64,000 bases of DNA from an uncultured Spirochaetota bacterium (GCA_963768055.1 CAVYGN010000002.1:1312001-1376000); one strand, 5' to 3'; numbered from the stretch's first letter, positions 9,666 through 19,172 are shown. Program-made: numbers and translations. The notes: generated from the letters alone by a model not told the origin.

Positions 9666-10895
9666 ATGAAATATGTCGTGTTTCTGATCGATGGAATGGC
9701 CGATTATCCTCTGGATGAATTGGGGGGGAAAACTCCTCTCGAAGCAGCCCGGACGCCGAATATCGATAAAATGGCGAAAAAAGCGGCCTTCGGTACTTTT
9801 TTATCTCTTCCGGATCAATATCCGACATCGTCTGATGTGGCGAATATGTCCATTCTCGGATGGGATTTATCGAAATATTACAGCGGCAGGGGTGCGATCG
9901 AAAGCTACGGCATGGGCGTACCCCTGGGTCCCGATACTGTCGCTTTCAGGCTGAACCTGGTTACAGTTAAAGACGGAATTCTTACAGATTATTCGGCCGG
10001 TCATATTGAAAATCCTGAATCTGAGCAAATAATTGCGGACCTTGACCGGCATTTCGGAAGTGACAAAATTGAATTCAGGAGCGGTATAAGTTATCGTAAC
10101 CTTCTTTATCTGAATGGGGGGGAATTCAGCCCTGATGTTTTTTACGAAAAACCCGATTCATCCTATGGCAAAGAATGGGAAAAGCTTCTTCCCAGGCCGA
10201 AAACGGCGTCCGGCGAACTGACCTCGAATACCCTGGTGAAATTAATTTATTCAACACGGGAATTCTTAACTGACCACCCGGTGAATATTAAAAGGATGCA
10301 CGAGGGGAAAAATCCGGCAAACCTGATCTGGCCTTGGTCCGGCGGTAAAAGACCGGATATGCCCTCTTTCAAAGAAATGTACGGTCTTGAGGGGGGCATA
10401 ATTTCGGCCGTGGACGTGATCCTCGGAGTTGGAAGGATTGGAAAGATGGAAACTGTAAGGCCCGCGGGTGCCACGGGGTTTATTGATACGAATTATGAAA
10501 ATAAAGCGGTCGCCGCGGTAGGTCTCCTTGAAAATAAGGATTTCGTCTATGTGCATATCGAAGCAGCGGACGAATGTTCCCATCTGGGAGACCTGGAAAA
10601 CAAAATAAAAGTAATAGAGGACTGCGACAGGCGTTTGATCGGGGCTTTTTTCGAAGAGTTCGGAAAACGGATCGGAGGCGTCCCAATCCGCGCGGCTGTA
10701 ATACCAGACCATCCGGTCCCTATAAAGCTTCGTGAACACACCAGGGATGAAGTTCCTTTTATTATTTCAGGAGAAGGAGTTACTCCGGATCCCTCCATTA
10801 CTAAATACTGCGAGAGAGAGTGTCTTAAGGGAAAATTTGTCCACCTGAAGGGAAGGGAGTTTATGGAACTTCTCTTCAGTGAAAAAATCGATTAG
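9666..10895 (+). CDS. apgM: cofactor-independent phosphoglycerate mutase, ApgM type
   Basis: DGMADYP, GKTPLEAARTPNID, SDVANMSILG, HIEAADECSH, PDHPVP, HTRDEVP. Confidence 0.85.
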   Translation: MKYVVFLIDGMADYPLDELGGKTPLEAARTPNIDKMAKKAAFGTFLSLPDQYPTSSDVANMSILGWDLSKYYSGRGAIESYGMGVPLGPDTVAFRLNLVTVKDGILTDYSAGHIENPESEQIIADLDRHFGSDKIEFRSGISYRNLLYLNGGEFSPDVFYEKPDSSYGKEWEKLLPRPKTASGELTSNTLVKLIYSTREFLTDHPVNIKRMHEGKNPANLIWPWSGGKRPDMPSFKEMYGLEGGIISAVDVILGVGRIGKMETVRPAGATGFIDTNYENKAVAAVGLLENKDFVYVHIEAADECSHLGDLENKIKVIEDCDRRLIGAFFEEFGKRIGGVPIRAAVIPDHPVPIKLREHTRDEVPFIISGEGVTPDPSITKYCERECLKGKFVHLKGREFMELLFSEKID

Positions 10896-10904
10896 GGGAT
10901 ATCA

Positions 10905-11699
10905 ATGTTTAATTTACAGAAATATCTTGAATTCACATTTTCCTGCGCTTCTAAAGCGGGAGAAATAATAAAAAAGGGTTTTTACGCTGAAAAAAATGTA
11001 ATCTTTAAAAGTTTCGCGAACCCTGTAACAGAATACGACAGGTCTTCGGAGGAATTGATCGCCGGAATGATCGAAAAAAAATTTCCCTCCCATTCGATTC
11101 TTACTGAAGAAGGCCTTTCAAGCCAGAAAGATGTTTCTATTAAATGGATTATCGATCCGCTCGACGGCACGATAAATTTTACTCATCGTATACCTTTTGT
11201 AAGCGTTTCCATCGGACTTGAAATTGACGGTGAAATCGCCCTTGGAGTCGTTTATAATCCTATGCTTTCAGAATGGTTCTGGGCTGTAAAAGGCGGTGGT
11301 TCGTTTTTCAATAAAAAGAGGGTGAGGGTTTCGGATGTAAAAGATCCCGGACGGGCGCTTATTGTAACAGGGTTTCCATATGAATCCGAGGGCAGGGTAG
11401 ATTTTCTTTTGAAACCCCTTGCAGAGATCAGCCGGAAATTCACCGGTTTCAGAAGGCTGGGATCGGCCTCCATCGATATGTGCTATGTGGCGAGGGGAAG
11501 TTTCGAAGCTTTTTACGAGGAAAATCTAAAACCCTGGGATACTGCAGCAGGAAAGATCATCGTAGAGGAAGCGGGCGGTACTTTGTCCGATTATTCGGGT
11601 GAACAATATGACATTTATAAGAAAACAATAATTGCAGACAACGGGCTCATTCATAGCCCAGTCCTTGATCTGGTAAAAGACGTCACTATACCCGGCTAA
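10905..11699 (+). CDS. suhB: inositol monophosphatase family protein
   Basis: VTEYD, ILTEE, WIIDPLDGTINF, RRLGSAS, LKPWDTAAG. Confidence 0.9.
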   Translation: MFNLQKYLEFTFSCASKAGEIIKKGFYAEKNVIFKSFANPVTEYDRSSEELIAGMIEKKFPSHSILTEEGLSSQKDVSIKWIIDPLDGTINFTHRIPFVSVSIGLEIDGEIALGVVYNPMLSEWFWAVKGGGSFFNKKRVRVSDVKDPGRALIVTGFPYESEGRVDFLLKPLAEISRKFTGFRRLGSASIDMCYVARGSFEAFYEENLKPWDTAAGKIIVEEAGGTLSDYSGEQYDIYKKTIIADNGLIHSPVLDLVKDVTIPG

Positions 11700-11880
11700 T
11701 TGAAGCCACACATAAGCAGATTAAGCCGTGTTACCCATTCTGTGGAATCAACTGGTTCCGATCCTGTAATATCTTGAAATTGTATCAATATTGATATATT
11801 ATTATTGATATAGTTTAAGTTTTCCAACCAGCAATCTTTAACGGAGCCCCGCTGCTATGAATGAAATCACTCTGAATCAA

Positions 11881-11896
11881 TGGTATGAAATTTGCA
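11881..11896 (+). promoter_or_regulatory. sigma54 (-24/-12) promoter candidate
   Basis: TGGTAT-GAAAT-TTGCA matches TGGYRY-N5-TTGCW with exact spacing, 25 nt before the ATG at 11922. Confidence 0.65.
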
Positions 11897-11921
11897 TTCA
11901 TAAATAAAAAAGGGAGCTTAT

Positions 11922-12455
11922 ATGCATGGTATCGGTGCCCAATTTACCGAGTCGATCAAAATTATTTTAACCGTGCTGGGAATTGTTAGCGCGTATCCGG
12001 AAGTATCCAGCGATAATTTCTTCGTTTACAGGAGCCTTAAAAACTCTACTGTTATAAACGGCCAATTCCGATGCGGTAATCTGATCAACACCTCTCTTGA
12101 AGGAATTATAGATAGCGGGATATCGGTAAATATAATTTATGATGTGAAAACAGAGACGGCTGGAAGCTTGATTTATAAAGATACCCTTATCGAACATATC
12201 CATTATAACGGGACGAATTATTTTTTAAATGAAAAAGGTCCTTTTTCTTTCAGTATTATGACTAACATTCTTTCGGTAAAAGAATTCGTGTTTCTTACAA
12301 ACGCGGATACCTATGCCGGACTCGATCTTGAAACCGAGGTGAAGATCCTTTTAAACTGCGATATGGCCCCGGAGATCGTGAATTTATGGGGAAACAGGCC
12401 AAGAGTGGTCTTGAATTATAATTTTACTTCCTCCAGGCAAAAGGATAAAAAATGA
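11922..12455 (+). CDS. hypothetical exported protein, first gene of the two-component operon
   Basis: 177-aa ORF with an AGGGAG RBS and hydrophobic N-terminal stretch. ATGA overlap with the kinase gene. Confidence 0.6.
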   Translation: MHGIGAQFTESIKIILTVLGIVSAYPEVSSDNFFVYRSLKNSTVINGQFRCGNLINTSLEGIIDSGISVNIIYDVKTETAGSLIYKDTLIEHIHYNGTNYFLNEKGPFSFSIMTNILSVKEFVFLTNADTYAGLDLETEVKILLNCDMAPEIVNLWGNRPRVVLNYNFTSSRQKDKK

Positions 12456-13528
12456 AAATACATTTTATAATAATTTTTATTGCCGCGATGGTTTTTATAC
12501 TGTTGACTTCCCTCCTAGCAAGCTATACTATTATTTCAAATACCCAGAAGGCGTTTGAAAATGAACTTGTATCGATATCGAAATCATCAGCGCAAAGCGC
12601 CGAGGTGCAGCAGAGGGTGTCGCTTTTCAAGGCCTTTTCCGAAAGCCGGGCAATTGATATCACACGCTCAGTTCTGGGAATATTTTTCTTTGAAGCTGTC
12701 GTCATGTCGCTCCTGTATATCTTTTTTATTTTCGGGGTAACCAAACCTATCGGCAAATTATCAAGCGCTGTAAAATATTTTTATTTCGGGGGGAGTGCTA
12801 ACGAACTTTTATTAAAAGAAACCGGGACTGAAGAGATCAGAATTCTTATCAGGACGTTTAACGAAATGGTTATCAAACTCAAGAATTATGAAAAAATCCT
12901 TGGCAACATCCAGAAATACAGGGGCTGGAAGGAAATTTCAAAGATCATCGTTCATGAGATCAATAACATCATCTCTCCTGTCCAGACTTATATGGAATTC
13001 CTGATCGACAAGGTGAATGAAAAGGATAAAGTATTATTTATTCTTGATAAACTCAATGATATGAGGCTTATTTTAATGAAGTTCAGGGAAATATCGCATT
13101 TTCCCGATGCGAATCTGGAGGACAGGAATGTCATTCCCATTATTGAAGAGGTTTGCAGGGAATTTAAAAACGCGAAACTCGTAAGCATAGGGGAAGAGCC
13201 CTTTGTTTTGAAAATCGATACCGTCCTGTTCAAGGAAACGATAAGGAATATAATAAAAAACGGCATAGAGGCCGGGGAAGAATCGATTGTCGATGTAATG
13301 TTGAAAAAAGATGGTAATAAAAAATCCATCATTATCAGGGATACAGGATGCGGAATGAGCTCCGAAACCATAAAAAAGATATTCGAACCCGGGTATTCGA
13401 CAAAAAAGGGCAATATCGGGATAGGCCTTTCCATAGTAAAGAGCCTCACCCAGGAGCAGAATGCCCAGATAGAGGTCGAAAGCGGATTAAACAAGGGGAC
13501 TACGTTCCAGCTGTTATTCCAGGAGTGA
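12452..13528 (+). CDS. HAMP-domain sensor histidine kinase (NtrY-like)
   Basis: Two TM segments, HAMP, H-box WKEISKIIVHEINN, N box NIIKNGIEA, DTGCG, FEPGYSTK, GIGLSIV. Confidence 0.92.
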   Translation: MKIHFIIIFIAAMVFILLTSLLASYTIISNTQKAFENELVSISKSSAQSAEVQQRVSLFKAFSESRAIDITRSVLGIFFFEAVVMSLLYIFFIFGVTKPIGKLSSAVKYFYFGGSANELLLKETGTEEIRILIRTFNEMVIKLKNYEKILGNIQKYRGWKEISKIIVHEINNIISPVQTYMEFLIDKVNEKDKVLFILDKLNDMRLILMKFREISHFPDANLEDRNVIPIIEEVCREFKNAKLVSIGEEPFVLKIDTVLFKETIRNIIKNGIEAGEESIVDVMLKKDGNKKSIIIRDTGCGMSSETIKKIFEPGYSTKKGNIGIGLSIVKSLTQEQNAQIEVESGLNKGTTFQLLFQE

Positions 13529-13558
13529 TACTTTCTATTATTTAATAAAGGCGGTATT

Positions 13559-14896
13559 ATGAAATTGCTTATTGTAGACGACAACGAAGATGTAATTTCA
13601 AGTTTAAAAGGCGTATTCGGAGAATATGATATAGTAGGGGCGGATTCAATAAAAAATGCGAAAAAGATACTGGCTCTGGATAGCGATTCAATCGATATAG
13701 CAGTCATAGATATGAAGCTCGGGGATGAGGATGGGATAGAGCTCCTGAATGATATAAAACTGAGGTTTCCATTCATCGAGTGTGTAATGATATCGGGTTA
13801 TTCCAGTGTTGAAAAAGCTGTACTTTCTATAAAAATGGGAGCCTTTGACTTCGTTGAGAAGCCGATATCCTATCAAAAAATGAAGGTGGTTATCAATAAT
13901 GCGATAGAACATAAAATGTTTTCTACTCTTTTAAAAAAAGAAATGGAAAGGTATAAAATCATAGGGGAATCAAGCGCTGTCAAAAAGATGAACGATTTGA
14001 TAGAAAAGGCTTCCCAGATCGATTTTCCCGTGCTTATTACCGGGGAAAGCGGGGTAGGCAAGGAGCATGTCGCCCATCTGATACACCTGAAGAGTAAACG
14101 AGGAAAAAATGAAATGATAAAGCAGAATTGTGCGGCTATCCCGGAAAATCTGTTTGAAAGCGAACTATTCGGGCATGAAAAAGGTGCTTTCACCGGCGCG
14201 GCTTCGGCAAGAAAAGGAAAACTGGAGCTTGCCAGCCTGGGCACTCTCTTCCTTGACGAAGTCGGAGATATGCCGCTTTCACAGCAGGCTAAACTTTTAA
14301 GGGTCCTGGAGGACAGGGAGATCACGCGTGTCGGGGGAGAATCTAAAATCAAGGTCGATTTCAGGCTTATCTGCGCGACCAACAGGAATCTGAAAGAAGC
14401 GGTTGACGAGAATAAATTCAGGGAGGATTTTTTTTACAGGATCGGGGTACTTGTTATCAATATACCGCCCCTCAGGGATAGGAAAGACGATATTAAAATT
14501 CTTGCCGACCATTTTTTAAAACAGGCCTGCATTGAAAATGGGTCCATTATGAAGACTATAAACAGCGAAGCTATGACGCTCATCTGCGAAATCCCCCTGA
14601 AGGGAAACATCAGGGAACTGAAGAATCTCATACAGAGGCTCTTCGCTTTTTCCGAGGTTGAAACAATACGCCCTGAGGATGTAAAGAATATCATGGTTTC
14701 ACAGAACAGGAACGGCGGCGACGCGATATTTCAAAAAACAATGAACTACAGTGAGGCGAAAAAACTCCTGGAAAAAAAATATATAATTACCCAGCTCTCT
14801 CTCAACAACAACAATGTCTCCCGCACAGCTATCCGTCTCGGCATATTGCCAAATAATCTTCTTAGAAAAATGAAAGACCTGGAAATCGTGCTGTGA
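13559..14896 (+). CDS. sigma54-dependent response regulator (NtrC/NtrX family)
   Basis: REC domain, GESGVGKE, ESELFGHEKGAFTGA, LFLDEVG, C-terminal Fis-type HTH. Confidence 0.95.
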   Translation: MKLLIVDDNEDVISSLKGVFGEYDIVGADSIKNAKKILALDSDSIDIAVIDMKLGDEDGIELLNDIKLRFPFIECVMISGYSSVEKAVLSIKMGAFDFVEKPISYQKMKVVINNAIEHKMFSTLLKKEMERYKIIGESSAVKKMNDLIEKASQIDFPVLITGESGVGKEHVAHLIHLKSKRGKNEMIKQNCAAIPENLFESELFGHEKGAFTGAASARKGKLELASLGTLFLDEVGDMPLSQQAKLLRVLEDREITRVGGESKIKVDFRLICATNRNLKEAVDENKFREDFFYRIGVLVINIPPLRDRKDDIKILADHFLKQACIENGSIMKTINSEAMTLICEIPLKGNIRELKNLIQRLFAFSEVETIRPEDVKNIMVSQNRNGGDAIFQKTMNYSEAKKLLEKKYIITQLSLNNNNVSRTAIRLGILPNNLLRKMKDLEIVL

Positions 14897-15173
14897 GCCG
14901 TTCAAAACAACATCCAGCTTTTATGGAGTCAATATTTATCTCGCTGGATTCGAAAACTTGAACTGCATCATCTCAAAAAGGCGGCAAGCGTTTGATTGAA
15001 TACTTTTTTAAGTTAAGAATTTTTTTATTATCTACAAGAATTGGTTAAATGTTATAAATGATCTTGGGTGAAACGCTTGCTTCGCTTTTTTTCGATGGCA
15101 GTTCTACGTTTTCTTCATAAATGCGGGATAAAAATTGACTCCATAAACAACTACATATTGTTTTGAATCCGGC
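14897..15173. repeat. long imperfect inverted-repeat element (family L, copy 1)
   Basis: Arms 14897-14993 and 15071-15173 are reverse-complementary (TTCAAAACAA/TTGTTTTGAA, TTTATGGAGTCAAT/ATTGACTCCATAAA, GCAAGCGTTT/AAACGCTTGC). 77-nt AT-rich spacer. Confidence 0.9.
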
Positions 15174-15191
15174 GGAAAGGTTAGGAGACTT

Positions 15192-15236
15192 GTCATTTCG
15201 AGCCCCTCAACGAAATGTTCGGCGACGAGAAATCTT
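15192..15236 (+). repeat. short REP-like repeat GTCATTTCGAG...CGAGAAATCTT
   Basis: Same end motifs recur at 19755-19786. Confidence 0.6.
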
Positions 15237-15305
15237 CCCATATCTTTTGCCAAAAACCCTCTCCTATGATAGAATTATCGCGAATTTTTATTCCGGGACG
15301 GTTTT

Positions 15306-16028
15306 ATGAAGGGTCTGGTTGTCATTCCTACTTATAACGAGGCGGAAAATATCAAGCTTATAGTTCCAGAAGTCCTGAAACAGGGCGACAGCTTCGATGT
15401 GCTTGTAGTCGACGATAATTCTCCCGACGGTACTGGAAATATTGTAAAAGAGATGATGAAGTCCAGCGCAAGGATACTTTTATTGGAACGTACAAAAAAA
15501 TCCGGTCTCGGGAAGGCCTATGTCGCCGGATTCAAGTGGGCGCTGGAACAGGATGCGGGTTACGATTTTCTCTGCGAAATGGACGCCGATTTTTCCCATG
15601 ATCCGGGCGAACTTCACCTTTTCGTAGAGGCGCTGAACGAGGGATACGACGCCGTCTGCGGGTCCCGCTATATCAGGGGCGTCAGGGTCCTCAACTGGGA
15701 CCTCAAGAGGCTCCTTATCAGTATTTTCGGTAACGCTTACGCGCGTTTCGCGACCGGCGTTAAACTTACCGATCTGACGGGGGGGTACAACTGCTACACA
15801 AGAAGGGTTATTGAAAAACTAAACCTGGACACGATAAGTTCAAGCGGATATTCCTTTCAGATTGAGATGAAGGCAAAAACAACCTGGAGGGGATTCAGGA
15901 TCAAGGAAGTGCCCATTATCTTTCGCGACCGCTACGAGGGAACGACGAAGATGAGCGGGGGAATAGTGAACGAAGCTATTATAAAGTGCTGGAAATTCCG
16001 GATCGATAAATGGTTCAAAAGAATATAA
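15306..16028 (+). CDS. polyprenol monophosphomannose synthase (Ppm1/DPM1-like GT2)
   Basis: VIPTYNEAENI, VDDNSPDGTG, GLGKAYVAGF, EMDADFSHDP, GSRY, GYSFQIEM. Confidence 0.9.
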   Translation: MKGLVVIPTYNEAENIKLIVPEVLKQGDSFDVLVVDDNSPDGTGNIVKEMMKSSARILLLERTKKSGLGKAYVAGFKWALEQDAGYDFLCEMDADFSHDPGELHLFVEALNEGYDAVCGSRYIRGVRVLNWDLKRLLISIFGNAYARFATGVKLTDLTGGYNCYTRRVIEKLNLDTISSSGYSFQIEMKAKTTWRGFRIKEVPIIFRDRYEGTTKMSGGIVNEAIIKCWKFRIDKWFKRI

Positions 16029-17308
16029 AGGTAAGGTTCGCGCCTTCCCCGACCGGTAAGTTACATCTCGGAAGCGCTCGCACCGCTGTTTTTAACTGGC
16101 TTTACGCCCGCCATACCGGTGGTTCCTTTATTCTGAGAATAGAGGACACCGACCTCTCCCGTTCGAACGAATTCTTTACAGACTCTATCATTAAAGACAT
16201 GGCCTGGCTTGGGATGGATTATGACGAGTTTTACAGGCAAAGCGAAAGGTTCGATATTTACAGGCCATATGCCGAAAAGCTTGTTTCGGAAGGCAGGGCT
16301 TATTACCAGGAAGACAGCATCAGGATCGATATTGGTGAACCGAGGGAGATCTCCTTTACGGACAGCGTGAAAAACAGGATCGTTGTTTCCGCCTCGGAGC
16401 TCGACGATTTCGTAATATTGAAAAGCGGGGGCACCCCCACATATAACTTCGCCGTTGTAATAGACGATGCCCTTATGGGTATCACTCATGTTATAAGGGG
16501 TGAAGACCATATTACGAATACGATAAAGCAGCTTATTATTTATGAATATCTTTCACTTGAGCCCCCTGTTTTTGCACATCTGCCGCTGGTTATGGACAGG
16601 GATAAAGCCCCGCTCTCGAAACGGAAAGGTTCGAAAGACATAGAATATTACCGTTCATCCGGTATACTTCCTGAAGCCCTGATCAACGCGATCGCCAGGC
16701 TGGGCTGGTCTTACGGGAATGAAGAAGTATTCAGCATCTCCGACCTCGTAAGCCGTTTCGATATTTCAAGGATCTCAAAGTCGAACGCTGTTTATGACGA
16801 AGAAAAGATGATATGGATCAACGGCAAGCATATGAAATTGACCGGAATCGATAATCTTTACTCTCATTTCCTGGAATTCGCTGCCGCCGCGGGCCTTGAA
16901 ATGAAAGGAAGAATGGCTGATAGTTTATGGCTTATGAAAGCGATCAGCTTTCTCCGCGGCAGGCATAAGACCCTTAAGTCTCTATATGATGAAATTTTCC
17001 TTTACTCGGGTGATGAACTTATTATTGAAGAGGATTCCAAAAAGAATATGGACGAACTAAAAAAGGATCCGGCGGTTCAAAAAGCTTTTAAGGAAGCACG
17101 GGATTACATCTCATCACTTACGCCTGAGGCCGGCCCCGAGATTATAGACAGGGGATTACGAGATATTGCTTTAAAAAACTCTGTAAAATTCGGAGACCTT
17201 GCCGGTTTGATACGTATTTCACTTACAGGAAGGATGGAAAGCCCGGGTTTAAACGTTCTTATAAGCCTTTTAGGTGAAGAAGCTAAGAAAAGGCTTATAC
17301 GCGGTTGA
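16010..17308 (+). CDS. gltX: glutamate--tRNA ligase (short form)
   Basis: VRFAPSPTGKLHLG, LRIEDTD, TYNFAVVIDD, ITHVIRGEDH, LSKR, anticodon-binding tail LTGRMESPGL. Confidence 0.9.
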   Translation: MVQKNIKVRFAPSPTGKLHLGSARTAVFNWLYARHTGGSFILRIEDTDLSRSNEFFTDSIIKDMAWLGMDYDEFYRQSERFDIYRPYAEKLVSEGRAYYQEDSIRIDIGEPREISFTDSVKNRIVVSASELDDFVILKSGGTPTYNFAVVIDDALMGITHVIRGEDHITNTIKQLIIYEYLSLEPPVFAHLPLVMDRDKAPLSKRKGSKDIEYYRSSGILPEALINAIARLGWSYGNEEVFSISDLVSRFDISRISKSNAVYDEEKMIWINGKHMKLTGIDNLYSHFLEFAAAAGLEMKGRMADSLWLMKAISFLRGRHKTLKSLYDEIFLYSGDELIIEEDSKKNMDELKKDPAVQKAFKEARDYISSLTPEAGPEIIDRGLRDIALKNSVKFGDLAGLIRISLTGRMESPGLNVLISLLGEEAKKRLIRG

Positions 17309-17316
17309 TCATTTAT

Positions 17317-19137
17317 TTATTTCGATTTTCCATTAAGTATTTCAACCAGGCTTCGGCTGTCTTTTTTAAGGTTCTCAGCGAGTCTTGTGAGGTCCTCCGA
17401 GGCTATGGAGTTTTCCTCGATGGAACTCGATACCTGGTTGATCGAATCTATGATTTTATTTGCCCCCTCTTTCTGATGGGTCATTGCTTGATTTATATCC
17501 ATTGATAGTGATTTTAACGATTCTGAATGTCTCTGGATTTCTAAAGCGGATTTACCCTGTTCCTGGGTAACGGCGGCTATATCGGCGGCCATGTTGTTTA
17601 CGGTTTCTATTGTTTCCATAAGCTGGTCCAGGGATTTGCCCGATTGCCGGGCGGAATCACCGATGTTTTTGGTGTTTGCGCTTCCCGCTTCAAGTTTCGT
17701 TCCGGCGTCCCTGATCCCCTCTTTAATCGAATTTATAATAACACCGATCTCGGTTGCCGACTTTGACGAGCTTTCGGAAAGCTTGCGGACTTCGCTGGCT
17801 ACAATAGCGAACCCCTCTCCGGCGTCTCCGGCATGAGCGGCTTCGATAGCCGCATTCATCGCAAGCATATTGGTTTCGTCCGAGATGCTCCGTATAACTG
17901 TCAGGATCTGGTCGATATTTTCGGAATGTTCCTCGATTTTGCGGATGCTTTTCGATATACCTTCAAGGAATTCCCCGATATTAACAATATTTTTTTCAAA
18001 TGCGCTGAAATTTTCCTTATTTTCTCTGGCGATCCTGGCGTTTTCGACGATAGTTTTCTTCAATTCGCCGATATTCCTGACTATGTTCTGTACGCCGTTA
18101 TTAAGCTGGCCGATCGCCGCTGCGGCGTCCGACACTGTTCCCATCTGTTTTTCTATGTTCGAACTATTGCTTTCCAGGGACTTGAGGTATTCTCCCATCG
18201 TATCGAAGACGCTCCTGCTCGATTCAGCCTGTTTTGCATTCGAAGAGGAAAGAAAGGCGGATTTCGATGAAAGATCCTCGGAATTCAAGTCGATCTTTCC
18301 CGACATTTCCCTTATAACGCCGTAGCTTTCGTTGAGGCGCGTTATTACCTGGTTAAACACCAGGGAAAGTTTGCCAAGTTCATCCTTTGACTGAATGTCG
18401 AGTTTGACGTTAATATCCCCGCTTTCGACCTTTTTTGAAACCATATCGAATTGGGTAACTACGCAGCCGAACCATGATGCTACGGCCCTGACAAGTAATA
18501 ATATTATTATGATAGAAAAAAATATAACGATGCCGAAAATAATTATCGCCTTGATGAAATTTAAGCTCATATTGTTGTAGCTGCTTTTTCCCGAGTATTC
18601 TTCGACATCTTCAAGCGCGCGGAGGTCGTTTTTAAGAAGTGTAAACTTGTTTTCCACGCTGCCGATGGTCATGGCCGCCATCCCCGGATCGGAACTTGCC
18701 ATTTCAATTACAATTTTAGCATCATTGGCGTAAAAGTTGATATCGGACGAGGTTGAAACAAGAAGGGATCTTTCCTCGGGAGTAAGGTCTTTCTGGCTTG
18801 CAAAACCATGAATGCCCGATATCAAGCCGTCGAGTACTTCTCTTTGTTCTTTAACGATTCCGTCAATCTTTTCGGCGGGATAGTTCAAACTCACCCAGCT
18901 TATGAGGCGGTAAAGGTTCATATTCATCGTTTTTAGTTTGTCAGTTATATCTTCAACCTGGTGAAGATGGGATATCCTTACGTCATAGAATGTCCCCATA
19001 ACATATTTTTGCTGGTAGAGATTGATCAGGGAAAAAGTAATGACAATAAAGAGCAAAATGGCGATCGCGATCGGCGCGATCAGGACTTTGACGATCAAAT
19101 TCAAGTCATAAAAAAAATTATTGAAGAATTTAAACAT
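17317..19137 (-). CDS. methyl-accepting chemotaxis protein (4HB-like sensor, HAMP)
   Basis: Two TM segments, HAMP (SKDELGKL), ETNMLAMNAAIEAAHAGDAGEGFAIVASEVRKLSE. Confidence 0.95.
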   Translation of the reverse strand: MFKFFNNFFYDLNLIVKVLIAPIAIAILLFIVITFSLINLYQQKYVMGTFYDVRISHLHQVEDITDKLKTMNMNLYRLISWVSLNYPAEKIDGIVKEQREVLDGLISGIHGFASQKDLTPEERSLLVSTSSDINFYANDAKIVIEMASSDPGMAAMTIGSVENKFTLLKNDLRALEDVEEYSGKSSYNNMSLNFIKAIIIFGIVIFFSIIIILLLVRAVASWFGCVVTQFDMVSKKVESGDINVKLDIQSKDELGKLSLVFNQVITRLNESYGVIREMSGKIDLNSEDLSSKSAFLSSSNAKQAESSRSVFDTMGEYLKSLESNSSNIEKQMGTVSDAAAAIGQLNNGVQNIVRNIGELKKTIVENARIARENKENFSAFEKNIVNIGEFLEGISKSIRKIEEHSENIDQILTVIRSISDETNMLAMNAAIEAAHAGDAGEGFAIVASEVRKLSESSSKSATEIGVIINSIKEGIRDAGTKLEAGSANTKNIGDSARQSGKSLDQLMETIETVNNMAADIAAVTQEQGKSALEIQRHSESLKSLSMDINQAMTHQKEGANKIIDSINQVSSSIEENSIASEDLTRLAENLKKDSRSLVEILNGKSK

Positions 19138-19172
19138 TTTTCAACCCTTAAAAGCTCGGGCGTTTTAATCGC

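Noticed and set aside
12988..13776. 262-aa minus-strand ORF
   Set aside because: Antisense to the kinase and response regulator, with shadow-like composition.
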